Shown here in pieces: positions 13,411 through 24,477 of a stretch of DNA of 64,000 bases; position 1 is the stretch's first letter, and each line of letters begins with the position of its first letter. The stretch comes from Squalus acanthias (taxonomy: Eukaryota), in assembly GCA_030390025.1 (NCBI GenBank), contig CM059438.1, positions 18,538,001 to 18,602,000 on the forward strand, in the 5' to 3' direction. Under the pieces are notes generated by a model. It saw only the letters and a program-made list of their open reading frames with translations, was not told the DNA's origin and made no database searches. The position numbers and the translations under genes were made by a program.

Positions 13411-13948
13411 CCTTATCTGAGGAAGGAGGTTCTTGCCATGGAAGGAGTTCAGCGAAGATTCACAAGGCTGATACCTGGGATGGCAGGAATGACGTATGAA
13501 GAGAGATTGGGTCGATTGGGCTTATACTTGCTGGAGTTTAGAAGAATGAGAGGGGATCTCATTGAAACTTATAAAATTCTGAAAGGACTGGACAGACTAG
13601 ATGCAGGAAGGATGGTCCCGATGGTCGGGAAGTCCAGAACCAGGGATCACAGTCTCGGATAAGGGGTAAGCCATTTAGGACTGAGATGAGGAGGAATTTC
13701 TTCACCCAGAGAGTGGTGAACCTGTGGAATTCTCTACCACAGAAGGCAGTAGAGGCCAATTCATTAAATATATTCAAGAAGGAGTTGGATATATTTCTTA
13801 AGGCTAAAGGGATCAAGGGATATGGGGAGAAAGCAGGGACAGGGTTCTGAATTTGGATGATCAGCCATGATCGCATTGAATGGCGGAGCAGGCTCGAGGG
13901 GCCGAATGGCCTACTCCTGCTCCTATCTTCTATGTTTATGTTTCTATG
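13411..13948 (+). mobile_element. CR1 LINE 3' fragment
   Basis: PYLRKEVLAMEGVQRRFTRLIPG..., near-identical to the 3' end of the 3295..5518 copy. Confidence 0.95.
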
Positions 13949-14049
13949 AGATGGTTACGTCCCAGACAACTTTTGTTGTTTTCGAGCTACTGAGCAGTAC
14001 TTCAGAGTACCAGAGTGAGCGACTCTCTGCACCGGTTCACTTTCAAACC

Positions 14050-15400
14050 CCCGCCATACACTAAGACTTCCCTATAAGAAATCCCCGGTTCGGAATCTTG
14101 ATGGAGGAGGAGCTGTGCCTTTGCTGACCTTGATTCCCTCAGGAAACCCTTGCTGAACGATGTCATGGTGATTTCTGCACGGTGATCTGCAGCCCAGTCC
14201 TGCCAGTGGCTTTCAAAATCCCTACTGCTCGACTTTTCTGCCACTGGCTGCTTCCAAGTTGCAACCAGGGACTTCTACAACATCACCCAGGCTGCAGTCC
14301 AGGCCTGTATATGATAGGTCATCGATCCCATCTTCAAGAGAGCTAGGGGATTTTTTAATCCAATTTATGATGACTGACTCCTAGGTATCAGTTTGACGGG
14401 CCTGTTAAGTTCTATATTATGTTAGTAACTCCAAAATTCAGGCAGCAGTAGATGGCACCCACGTTGCGCAGTGCTCATTGAATTTCCTGAGAGGAAGAAG
14501 ATTCTGCTCCCTTCATGTTCAAATCGTTGAGGAGCAGCTACAGCGAATCCTGCATATTGATGCCAGATTTTCAGGGAGTTGTTGCAATCCTTTCATCATG
14601 TGGAGCTCCAACCTCCCAGCTGAATGCAGGGAAGACAGTGAAGTGTTATGACGGCTTTTGGGAGACACAAGAAAGTTAGAAATGGGAGCAGGAGTAGGTC
14701 ATACGGCTCCTGGAGTCTGCTCCATTCAATAAGATCATGGCTGATCCTCTACCTCAACTCCCCTTTCCTGTCCTATCCCTGTATCCCTTGATTCCCTTAG
14801 TGTCTAAAAATCTATCGATTTCAGTCTTGAATATACTCCACGACTGAGCCTCCACAGCCCTCTGGGGTAGAGAATTCCAAAGATTTACAACCCTCTGAGT
14901 GAAGAAATTTCTCATCTCAGTCCTAAATGGCCGACCCCTTATCCTGAGACTATGACCCCTGGTTCTAGACACTCAGCCAGGGGAAAACAGCCAGGGGAAA
15001 ACAGCCTATCAGCATCTACCCTATCAAAGCGTAGCCCTTGCTTCCATGGCACATAACCCCACTTCAACTGCCAAACTCATCAGTGGAGCATCACTGCAGT
15101 AAGGCTCATTCATCAACTAGTGTGGTTATTCAGGACTGTAGAGCTTCGCCAGGCAAGGTTTCATGGCTTTGAGAAGTCTGGAGGGGCACTGCAGTATGCT
15201 CCTGAGCAGGGCCCCTTGTATCGCAGTTTCTTGCCGAGTCCTTCATGTCTTGGCTGTTCAAAAATACTGCGCATGGAGTCATAGGAAGAGATGGCAACAG
15301 CTGCTGAGGAGGTTGAGCAACTTCAAAATCAGCCTCATGAGGAACGGTACTCAGATGACTCTTCTGCGATGGCCGCAAGGGAAATTCATAAGATTATTAG
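14050..15400 (+). mobile_element. Decayed PIF/Harbinger transposase, interrupted by a CR1
   Basis: Broken HARBI1-like motifs: QAAVDGTHVA (~14440), RFCSLHVQIV..ILHIDARFSGS, LLGD|KA*PLLPWHITPL, and SGGALQYAPEQ..CIAVSCRVLHVLAV. Confidence 0.8.
14668..15025 (-). mobile_element. CR1 LINE 3' fragment nested in the Harbinger fossil
   Basis: SRTRGHSLRIRGRPFRTEMR..FFTQRVVNLWNSLP. Carries an internal 14-bp tandem duplication (cagccaggggaaaa). Confidence 0.93.
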
Positions 15401-16623
15401 TAATACGTTCTCCGCTGATTTAAAGTGGTACCCAGCTGTCCGGCCATTTCCAATCATTCCATACTTAAACATCTGACTTTCTGGCCCCCATTAACAGATC
15501 TCGCAATACCTCATGAGCTCATCGAACAACAGAACCAATTCTAAGAGCAATTATAGAATCATACAACACAGAAGGAGACCATTTGGCCCATCGTGTCTGT
15601 GCTGGCTCTTTGAAAGAGCTATCCAATTAGTCCCTTTCCCTGTAGCCCTTCAAATTTCTCCTTTTCAAGTATATAATATCAGATTTATTTTACAGTAAGT
15701 GATGTAACTTTCTAATATTTCCCTTGGGTGCTGAAATGTACTTTCCTTATCCTTATCCTCGCTGGCAATCGAGAATCAGAGAGAGGTAGTTAGCTTGGTA
15801 CAAGATCCTCTTGGGACTATGATTGCCCTTGTTTCTTGACCACTGTGTCCTGGGAAGGACCATTTGTGGACTTCATCTCTTTTGTAACGTGCTGGGCACA
15901 GGTTCAGGGTGGCCACTGATGGATGGGGTGGTAGATTTAATGATTCCCATCAGATCAGAGAGAGTGTCTCCTGCAAGTTGGCCTCGAGTCTCTGAAAGCT
16001 AGAATTCAGGACTCTCTAAGGGCTGCAGTCTGTGCTTCCAATGAGGAGGAGGCACCGAGTTGACCTGAGACGTTGCTGCAGAGGTGGTGGTGGGGGGGAG
16101 GAGGAGACGGTTGCAAACTCCAATGAAGCTATACTACATGCTCCATGAATATCTGCAATAAAAAAGGGAAAAAACAAAGAGCGAGTGAGATTGAGGCGGA
16201 CATAGGTGCAAGTGGTACATGGGGGTAGGCTGATTGTCGTCATCAGTACAGTCTTCCGAAACACACTTTTGCCCCCTCGCATCGTCATTATCATCCTCCT
16301 TTTCCCCCCACCCCCTCATTTTGCTGTGCGGAAGAAGAGGCAATTAGTTAAAAATGAATTTGAACGGATGCGGAACAAATCTAATGCATCAGTTTGGAGT
16401 GCCATTCATGCTATAATCTGTTCCCGATTGAACCAACCTGAAAAACGGATCCAAGTGACGACTATGCCATTTACTATCTATCTTCTAGAGCAATAAATAC
16501 AAATCTGAAATCTTAACCTGAAATCTGAAACCTTTTGATCACCGAAACCATATGTAGTAATTCTTGCACCCACTCCTCTGCTTGGGGAGACTATATTATT
16601 CTCGTGTTCCTTTTTAATGTTAG

Positions 16624-16741
16624 GGTGACTTTACAAGAACTGGAGAACGAAAGCTTGCAGGAATGATGAAAGATGGCTATAACTCTGCCAATCGATATTA
16701 TCTCAATCGCTTCCGTGACGCGTATAGACAAGCTGTCATAG
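16624..16741 (+). CDS. INPP5F: INPP5F coding exon (approx. exon 14)
   Basis: TTAG acceptor, GTAAGA donor. GDFTRTGERKLAGMMKDGYNSANRYYLNRFRDAYRQAVI. Confidence 0.97.
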
Positions 16742-17649
16742 GTAAGAGAAAACCTTGTAATGTAACTTTAGGAGCCATAAGAAACCTTGACCATATATAT
16801 ATTTAATGAAAAATGCAAGAACATTCTGCGCCCAAATATTTCCAGTGGGTTTCATTTCACTTTTTTTTCTTCTTGTTGAAAATAAAGAAACTTTCTCCTG
16901 GAAAACTATCCCTTCAACAGACCATTTAACAGACCTCTGTCAGATTAACGGCAGTAAAATGCATTTCATTTCTATTTTGTACCTTCCAATCATTAGTTAA
17001 CCAGCTATGCTAGACTGCATTAAAAGTGATAGGAAATGATATTTGTGCCACAGCGCATTGGAGCATGAACATGCCATGCAACTTCACCCTACCACCTATC
17101 CCGTTGTGCTAGAATATCCATTATCTACTCGGCAGCCTCTGATCAAAGCGAGGTGCGGAAGATGGGCGAGCTGCAGTGTTCAGACCCATGCGCCTCTAAT
17201 TGGTAGAAATCTTGTACTGGGTCATGACCTTACCGTAGCCCATTATTTTTATTCTCCCCCTTTTCTCTCTTTCCTCTAGCGTGTAGCTATCAAATCCCTG
17301 ATTAACCAGCCAGGCTGGCAATCTGTTTCCAAGTTCCTGCAGCACTGGCCACCACTAGGAGTCAATGATTTTTGTTTCTTTCCTCTCCTTTAGTGGGTGG
17401 GGGGGGTACCCAAGAATCTGACACCTGTAAAACCGTCCAGAAACCTGTATCTGATTTCGATACCTTGAGTTACTAGTTAGCATGTCATCACTGTTAACTT
17501 GTGCGCTAAAATGCCTGCAACCGGGGATGTGCTAATATAGATGTGAAATTTACTATTTGTATTGTTTGTTGAGTATTTACAATATTTAATGATGTTCAAT
17601 CTGCCGTGGCATTACACACTGGGAGTCGAGATCAGGTGTAGTCTTGAGG

Positions 17650-17805
17650 CAACGTTTCCCCTCCGCGCAGCTCTCTGCCAGTCCCGCACAGCCTGGGACT
17701 GGCTTTTTTTTAATGTTAAATTTCGTGCATGTGCGAAACTGTGAATGGGCCGTGCGCGTGTTAAAGGGACCGTGTACCCAAAATATAAAATTAGGGGGAA
17801 CATTG
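17650..17805. mobile_element. hAT-type MITE, diverged relative of 23572..23728 in opposite orientation
   Basis: Terminal repeats caacgtttccc / gggaacattg. Interior similar to the reverse complement of the 23572 copy. Confidence 0.7.
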
Positions 17806-18435
17806 GTAGAGGCTGAGGGATATTTGGACCAGCGTGAGCAAATGCAATTCAGTCTCCATTTTAAAGTCAAATATTCTGTTCTTTTTGTATTTCCATTGCA
17901 CACATTCTGGTGTCCACATTTTTAATGGAATCTACGTATGTAAACTAGTCACACTGCAATGACAGCCTCCAGCGGTGCTTCAGAGCCTCCAGAGGGGGCA
18001 GGGTGTAACTCCAGCCTGACCAGCTTACAGGCAGTTTCCATTATAAATCTGGACATAGGAATTTATAACGGGCAAAGTTGGCAGAAATGTGTCGATATTC
18101 AAATATTAAATGGATATTATAATGGGTTCCCTTCACTCTCCTGAAATAACTTTAGGGTTATTGAGCTGGCTTTCAGTCAGAGTCTCATCCTCCTCAAAGC
18201 CTTATTCAGGGGTTTTGTAGCCACTTAACCCATGGAGACTGATTTCCATTATGCCTGACAATGAAACCAAGTATTTAGCATCTGTCTTGGTCATTACTAA
18301 TTGTTGCCAAATGAATATTGATCTTCTAGCCTGGTGGTTATTTGATCGTCTTTTTTTTTATATATAGCTTATCTCACTGTCTGCACTGTGTTAAAATGTA
18401 CTTGCTGTTGTGCAGTAATGCTCCTCTTTAATTAG

Positions 18436-18634
18436 ATCCGATGCAGGGCATCCCAGTGACTGAAGATCTCTACTCCATCTTCAGCAAGGAGAAAGAGCAT
18501 GAAGCCTTGCAGAAACAGAACCAGAGGAGCCAGCAGGAACAGATTAGCCTCCTCTTGCAGAATTACATGAAACTGCTGTTGCCCAGCGATGAGAAGTTCC
18601 ACGGGGGCTGGGCTGTGATAGATTGTGATCCAAG
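18436..18634 (+). CDS. INPP5F: INPP5F coding exon (approx. exon 15)
   Basis: TTAG acceptor, GTCTGT donor. (D)PMQGIPVTEDLYSIFSKEKEHEALQKQNQRSQQEQISLLLQNYMKLLLPSDEKFHGGWAVIDCDP. Confidence 0.95.
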
Positions 18635-20876
18635 GTCTGTAATCAGAAAATGCATCCGTCATGGAGAATTTTCATTTCACTCTCTGAAATTAAGTATTGA
18701 TGAATCTCAACCTGTCACTCTTGATTAGATGTAGAAAATGGCTGCAGCACAATATAAAACTGTTTACAGTGTGCATGGCACAGAAAAATTGATGGTTGAG
18801 CTGGTTTTTTGAAGGCTGAATTTTTAATAAAGTTTTGAAATGGCCTTTATCTCTGTTTACTGGCAGTTGTCAGTTGGTAGCACTACGTGCTTCAGGCTGA
18901 GCTATCGTGACCTGAAAAGAGAAAATCCAGCCGTTACAACTATATTTGGTGAATGTTGGGGGTAAAATACATTGCAAATTTATTGAAACGAAGAGTTGAA
19001 TTTTGGAAAAGAACTGAGACTTTTATAAAAAAAAAACACATTTAGAAGTTTAATTGAAAATAATCCAGGCTTGATGGGGCCTGTATATTCTAGGAGAAGA
19101 AACATTTGAATTGATTGTCATGTTCAGCAACCTTGCGTGTTTCCTCACTCTGGGTTCTGGCAAAAGGCTCTTTATTCTCCTGGGAACTGATGATGCTGTT
19201 TTATAATCTTTCAGGGTGATGTCGCACCTCGGTGAAAATAAAAATTCACATCAACTATGTTGAACAGTTGATAGCAATTTTTTTTCTGGTATATTTATGA
19301 GGGTTAACATTGCAAAGAGATTTATGGTACCAGCAGCTTAAAAATGTCCTTTATTCAGCGTGTAATTGTGCGCTGAACCACCAAATGAAATACTTTTGTG
19401 CCACTACCATTATGCTGGGTTGATTCGCCATAGATGGTGCCTGTGTTCAGAGGCCGTTTCTCCCTCGATGGCACAGCTGGTTATGCCATTGTGCTGTGCT
19501 GCTGGATTTATGGCAGTGGGTTTGAGACCACGTTGTGTAACACCGTGTAAGGAGAATGGAGAAGGTTCGAGCTGTAGGAGGAGCAGGAGAAAGTCAGAGA
19601 GCAAATCCCAGTCACCACAACTGACTTGGTAGTATATTACAGAATTGACTTTTATTTCCGTATTGGGGCTGTTCATAGTTTTAAAAACTACATAACTGAT
19701 TTCTAGTGCCAATTGTACAGTATTCCTTCCAAATAAATAAGGACGGATGCAGTTGGGAAATCAGGTATTGTCACCTTACCATAATTTTCAAACAAACTGA
19801 TCTTTCTTGAACATAGCTGTAAACGGAAGTGTAGAGGTAACTTGATGTAATTTCTCCTTCAATGATTATTAAATAACTTGGTGGAAGAAAATGTTCAGGT
19901 GTTTTTGCTTTAAAAAAATAGCAGTGACAACACAAATGTAATTCCTCCGATACCTGTTCTATTTCCACTCTGAACTTCTGGTTACGGCCAGCTTCCTGCC
20001 ATGAGGTTGGCATGGTTTGAGCTGTGGGCATCTCCATGGAAGCTTTGTACTAACTCGCCCAGAATGTGTGTTGATGAGTCTTACCTCGTTATGCACCGAT
20101 GACCTATCGCTGAGTTTCACTGTCCGATGAGGCTGCGCTTTGATTCTGAGTCCCCTGACTCGGGCAGCCCGGCACACTCCTGCTGGAGGTACTGGGCCAT
20201 CTGCCAAAATAGATTTTGCTTGAATTGAAACTAATCGATGAAGATCGTGTTTACTTAAGACATTAAATGTTCAACAACCTGTATAAAAGAACTTATTACT
20301 TTGTTTCCCAAATTGTACAGTGGTTTTTTTATTCAGAACTTGTGCCAAGGCACCAAAGCAGTTTTGTTGTTTACTTTAAATGTGGTTGAAGTCGAATGAA
20401 ATGGATTTGAAAGGGCGAGACTGGGGCTGTAGCTGCAGCCCGGAAGCAGAGACCTGTGTTCACCGCTCACTCTCGACTGACACTTGAAGAAGTAGGGGTT
20501 AACACTCTGGGCTGGTGTCTTAAGTTGAAGAGAATGGTCTGCAGGAAGAGTCCCTTCTGTGCTCTGCTGAAGCACTGTCTGGTGGGACGAGTTGGGGAGG
20601 GTTCCATGGTGCGATATCTCTGCCCTTCTGATCGAGGGTGATATTTCCAATATTAGAATATATGTATTTTAAAATAAGTGAAGAGTTGATTTATTTCTAG
20701 AATTTTATTTGCCAGTAAATACAAATTTCAATTTTGAACATTCCCATTGGGACCTGCTATTTTTCCAAAGTATGCATTTTCTAGTTGAAGCTTAAGTACA
20801 GTTTCTGTGTGATAGGAAAAGACTGAGTGTTCCCATAGGAAATAATTTATATTGCTTGAAATTAATTCTTTTGCAG

Positions 20877-20948
20877 TCTTATTGATGCCACCCACAGAGA
20901 TGTTGACGTCCTCCTCCTTCTCTCCAACTGTGCCTACTATGTGGCTTA
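20877..20948 (+). CDS. INPP5F: INPP5F coding exon (approx. exon 16)
   Basis: TTGCAG acceptor, GTAAGT donor. LIDATHRDVDVLLLLSNCAYYVA (hSac2 domain). Confidence 0.96.
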
Positions 20949-21116
20949 GTAAGTAAATGGCCAGCTTGTTTAAAACTCGAGTGTTGCCAAAGATTGTTTC
21001 ACAACCAGACTAATAAAATCCATAACTGATGGTTGCTAAGCAAGCAATGAGCGATTGTTCACTTGTGTATTTAGCTGGCTTCAAATCTGACACTTTCTGT
21101 CTCTCTTCATTGGTAG

Positions 21117-21190
21117 CTACGATGATGAAGTTGATAAAGTGAACCAGTATCAAAGACTGAACTTGGAGGATTTGGAGAAGATTGAAATCG
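21117..21190 (+). CDS. INPP5F: INPP5F coding exon (approx. exon 17)
   Basis: GTAG acceptor, GTGGGT donor. YDDEVDKVNQYQRLNLEDLEKIEI. Confidence 0.96.
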
Positions 21191-22441
21191 GTGGGTTGGC
21201 TTTGCTGCTGGTGTCTGATTCTCATTCTGTCATCTATTGTGATGCGTGAACAGTATTCGTCATTTTGCCAGTGCTGCAGCTTGAATTCCCATCTGACTTC
21301 GCGCAGCTCCGCACTCCAGCATTAATCTGCCTGCTGCTCCTTGCTGGGACGATTGTAGATTGATCCCTACATGTTTTGTTGCTCCTGTTTTCGAGATATA
21401 TAGATATATAGATATATAGATAAAAAGCAGGGTGTAAAAATGCCTCTTGTGTTGCGGTTTTCAGTATCACTGATGTGAGGCTCTCATTGTAAGGTGAAAT
21501 AGTGACACAGTTTCATTTAATATAAACGTTTGATATTTTCAACAGAAACCGTGCAAGACAAGTTACTTTTCTCTCTCAAATTGTCCGTGTTCATTTGAGA
21601 AACTGAAATCCCGAATTCTGTTGTGGCGTACTGGCTCTGATGAACAGTTGTATAATCTGCTACTAGTTTTAACTTTGGGATTGAATGTCCTTGCTTTCTG
21701 ATTTTGGCCAAGAGCCCTGAATAAGGGGTAAAATTCAGCATTCCACAGAGATGAGTTAATCCATGAAGGTTGATCTTTAGACGCCCAGTTAGTCTGGGTG
21801 CAGCACTGGTTCCTGTTTCCACTGCCAAACAGGATATAATGCAGGTACTGTGAGCAATTTCCTGCTTTCCACATTAGTTAAGTGGAAAAAAAGTTTGGCT
21901 GTAATTACTATTTACCAAATGTTTTAATTGGTCAAATAATATCTGATATTGAAAGTGACTGACAGGAAAAGCCTGCCTGACACCATGATGGCTGGAGGAT
22001 CAGAACTAAACACTTACTCTCTCTCTCTCACCACCCCCTCCCCTCCCCTGCTCCCGGCAGCAATGTAATCTTCGGGGAGAGGAAAAAACCCAAGGCCAAT
22101 AATGGAAAATATACTCTGGAAAATTCCTCTCCAACCCCCTCAGGCGATTGAATCCAGTCCAGGAGATCACACGGACCAAGTGTTGTCTACAAAGACACTT
22201 GCCTTCTGATGTGATCTCTTCTCCAGTCAAGAACCAACCCAGCTCCCCCTTGAAGGCACACCGAGCAGGCAGACTTGTGCAGCATCGTCTCCCAGTAACA
22301 CCGCTGTTTCCTTCATCTATAGGGGAAAACATGTAGGCTGCACTCTGGTCATATAACTCCTGCTTTTTCAGTAGGTGACCTGCAGGGTGCTTGTATCTTT
22401 CTTTTCCTCACAAGTCATAACCTGATTTAATTTATCCACTA

Positions 22442-22660
22442 AAATAACAACAGAAAATGCTGGGAACACTCAGCAGGCCAGGCAGCGTCCGTGGAGAGAG
22501 AAACAGAGTTAACGTTTCAGGTCTGTGACCCTCGAATGGTCCCAGACCTGAAACGTTAACTCTGTTTCTCTCGCCACCGATGCTGCCTGGCCTGCTGAGT
22601 GTTTCCAGCATTTTCTGTTATTATTTCAGATTTCCGGCATCCCGCAGTATTTTGCTATTG
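22442..22660. repeat. Palindromic repeat, probably Penelope-like element derived
   Basis: 89-bp inverted arms (22442..22530 and 22538..22626) with a 7-nt spacer. Related copy at 49178..49378. Confidence 0.75.
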
Positions 22661-22849
22661 CATTAATTTATCCACTGATTTGTCTTTTGAGCTTTTTAAT
22701 GGCTTCATTAAAGTGTTTACTCGAAGGGCTCAACCTCTCCCAAAAGCCTGGGCTTTTGCCCAGAACTTTATTCTGAGAGCCAAATTTTGATCGTGCAATC
22801 TGAGCAGGTGCAGAGTACCTAATTTCCCAGGATGCATTAGTACCATTCA

Positions 22850-22955
22850 AAAAGAAAAAGACTTGCATTTATATAGCACCTTTCACGTTTCAAAGCGATT
22901 CACAGCCAATGAAGTACTTTTGAAGTGTAGTCACTGTTGTAATGTGGGAAACGCT
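22850..22955 (-). mobile_element. Deu-SINE/L2-type 3' tail fragment
   Basis: Reverse complement resembles the tail of the 11900..12320 SINE and of 39430..39530. Confidence 0.65.
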
Positions 22956-23571
22956 TCAGTCAGTTGCATTGATGGAATATTTTTTCTTCAGTATCTAGCA
23001 ACTTTTGCTCAGTTTTTTTTCCAATTATTTCAAGGAAAAGCTAGAGGACAAATGTCAAATGCTGGTGTAATTTATATCGAGTGGCTTTTTTTAAATGGTG
23101 CTGTGTTTATGCATGTGCGAGATCGTGAGGAAAATTGGGGGTACACCTGTTGCAGCTTTTGTTTTGTATTCTCTATACTTCAAAGTGTATGAAGATGAGT
23201 GAGCTAGAGACTGGGGTCAGAGAAAGGAGAGTGTGTTTTTTATGCCAATAGTTCAACTTTCAAAAAAGAACAGCTTCATTTTGAAGCCACCTAATTATCT
23301 CCTCTATTTTGTTAAGTTAGCTGTTTGTCTATAGCTGTGCGACACGTATTGTAATTACTAACACCTTTTAGACAGAGTGTGAGGAGACGGAAGAGTATTA
23401 GTTCATAAATTTAAAAAAAAAAACTGCTGAATTTTGAAAGCGAACAAAGCTTCTTTGAGGGAAATAAATGGAGGGATGCAATGTTAGGGGGCCTCTCGGT
23501 TACCCCCCCTTGAGTGGTGGAAATGGGTGGGGGGTGGATGGATGGATGGAGGGTTATGAAGGACTGTGGAG

Positions 23572-23728
23572 CAATGTTCCCTGTAATTTTTTTTTGGTGC
23601 TGCGCGGTCCCTTTAAGGGGTTGCACGGCCCATTCACAATACCGCGCATGTGCGGTTTTTGCGTTGAAAAGCCGACTGCGCGGGTTCCCTGGAGCGCTGC
23701 GCGGCCGTATAGCTGAAAGGGAACATTG
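23572..23728. mobile_element. hAT-superfamily MITE (157 bp)
   Basis: Terminal inverted repeats CAATGTTCCCT / AGGGAACATTG with a perfect 8-bp TSD CTGTGGAG. Confidence 0.92.
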
Positions 23729-24348
23729 CTGTGGAGTAAAGGTGAATGGGGGTTGAGCAGGCAGTTCAAAGGGGAAGAGTTAGGGTAGTGATGGGGGAGA
23801 GAGGAGGTAGTGTGGCATTGAAGGTGCAGGGGACATGATGGGAGCAAAGGGGTGGAGGAAATTGAGTTTATAGATTGGGAAGAGAGCCACTGAGGGCCAC
23901 ATTTTCCCCACCACCCTCACTCCAGATCATTTCCCTGTCATACCATGAAATCCCATCTACCAACTCCCACCTGGAAGGAAGGAAGAAAAAGACATAAATA
24001 GAAGCAGGAGAGGACAGGGAAGCAAACAAAGTGATGGGGAGAGAAATGGAAGGAAGAGAAAAGGTTAGAAGCAAAATAGGTGAGAAAGCGATACAGCAAC
24101 ATGAAGACAACAGATCGTTAAGAGAGAGACCATGTTCTCTGACTTACTGTGTGCAACACCACAAGAGATTGACTCATTTCCTGTAATTTTTACATTTTCA
24201 CTCAAGTGCAAAAGGTTTGGTCTGAAAAACTTGTATAAAGACAGTGGAATGTATTATATCCAAGATTTAATGATCTTGTAAATACTTCTTTGTAACCGGT
24301 AGTGATGAAAGTAAGTATTATAATGGTTTATATATATTTTTTTAAAAG

Positions 24349-24477
24349 GTCCAGAACCAACTTTCTTTGGGAAGCCCAAGTTTACTTGCATGAGGCTACA
24401 TTACAAGCACAATGGAACTAGCGGATACTTTCACACACTGAGAGCTGTGACTCGAAACCCCGAGGAGGAAGGGAAAG
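24349..24477 (+). CDS. INPP5F: INPP5F coding exon (approx. exon 18)
   Basis: AAAG acceptor, GTAAGG donor. PEPTFFGKPKFTCMRLHYKHNGTSGYFHTLRAVTRNPEEEGK. Confidence 0.96.

Noticed and set aside
18441-18728. 95-aa ORF read as a stand-alone gene or alternative last exon
   Set aside because: It is INPP5F exon 15 reading through into the intron. Similarity stops at the GT donor (18635).
23740-24110. Purine-rich, strand-biased tract and G-run clusters (also C runs at ~25160, ~26975, ~33140)
   Set aside because: Low-complexity sequence common in vertebrate introns, with no evidence of function.
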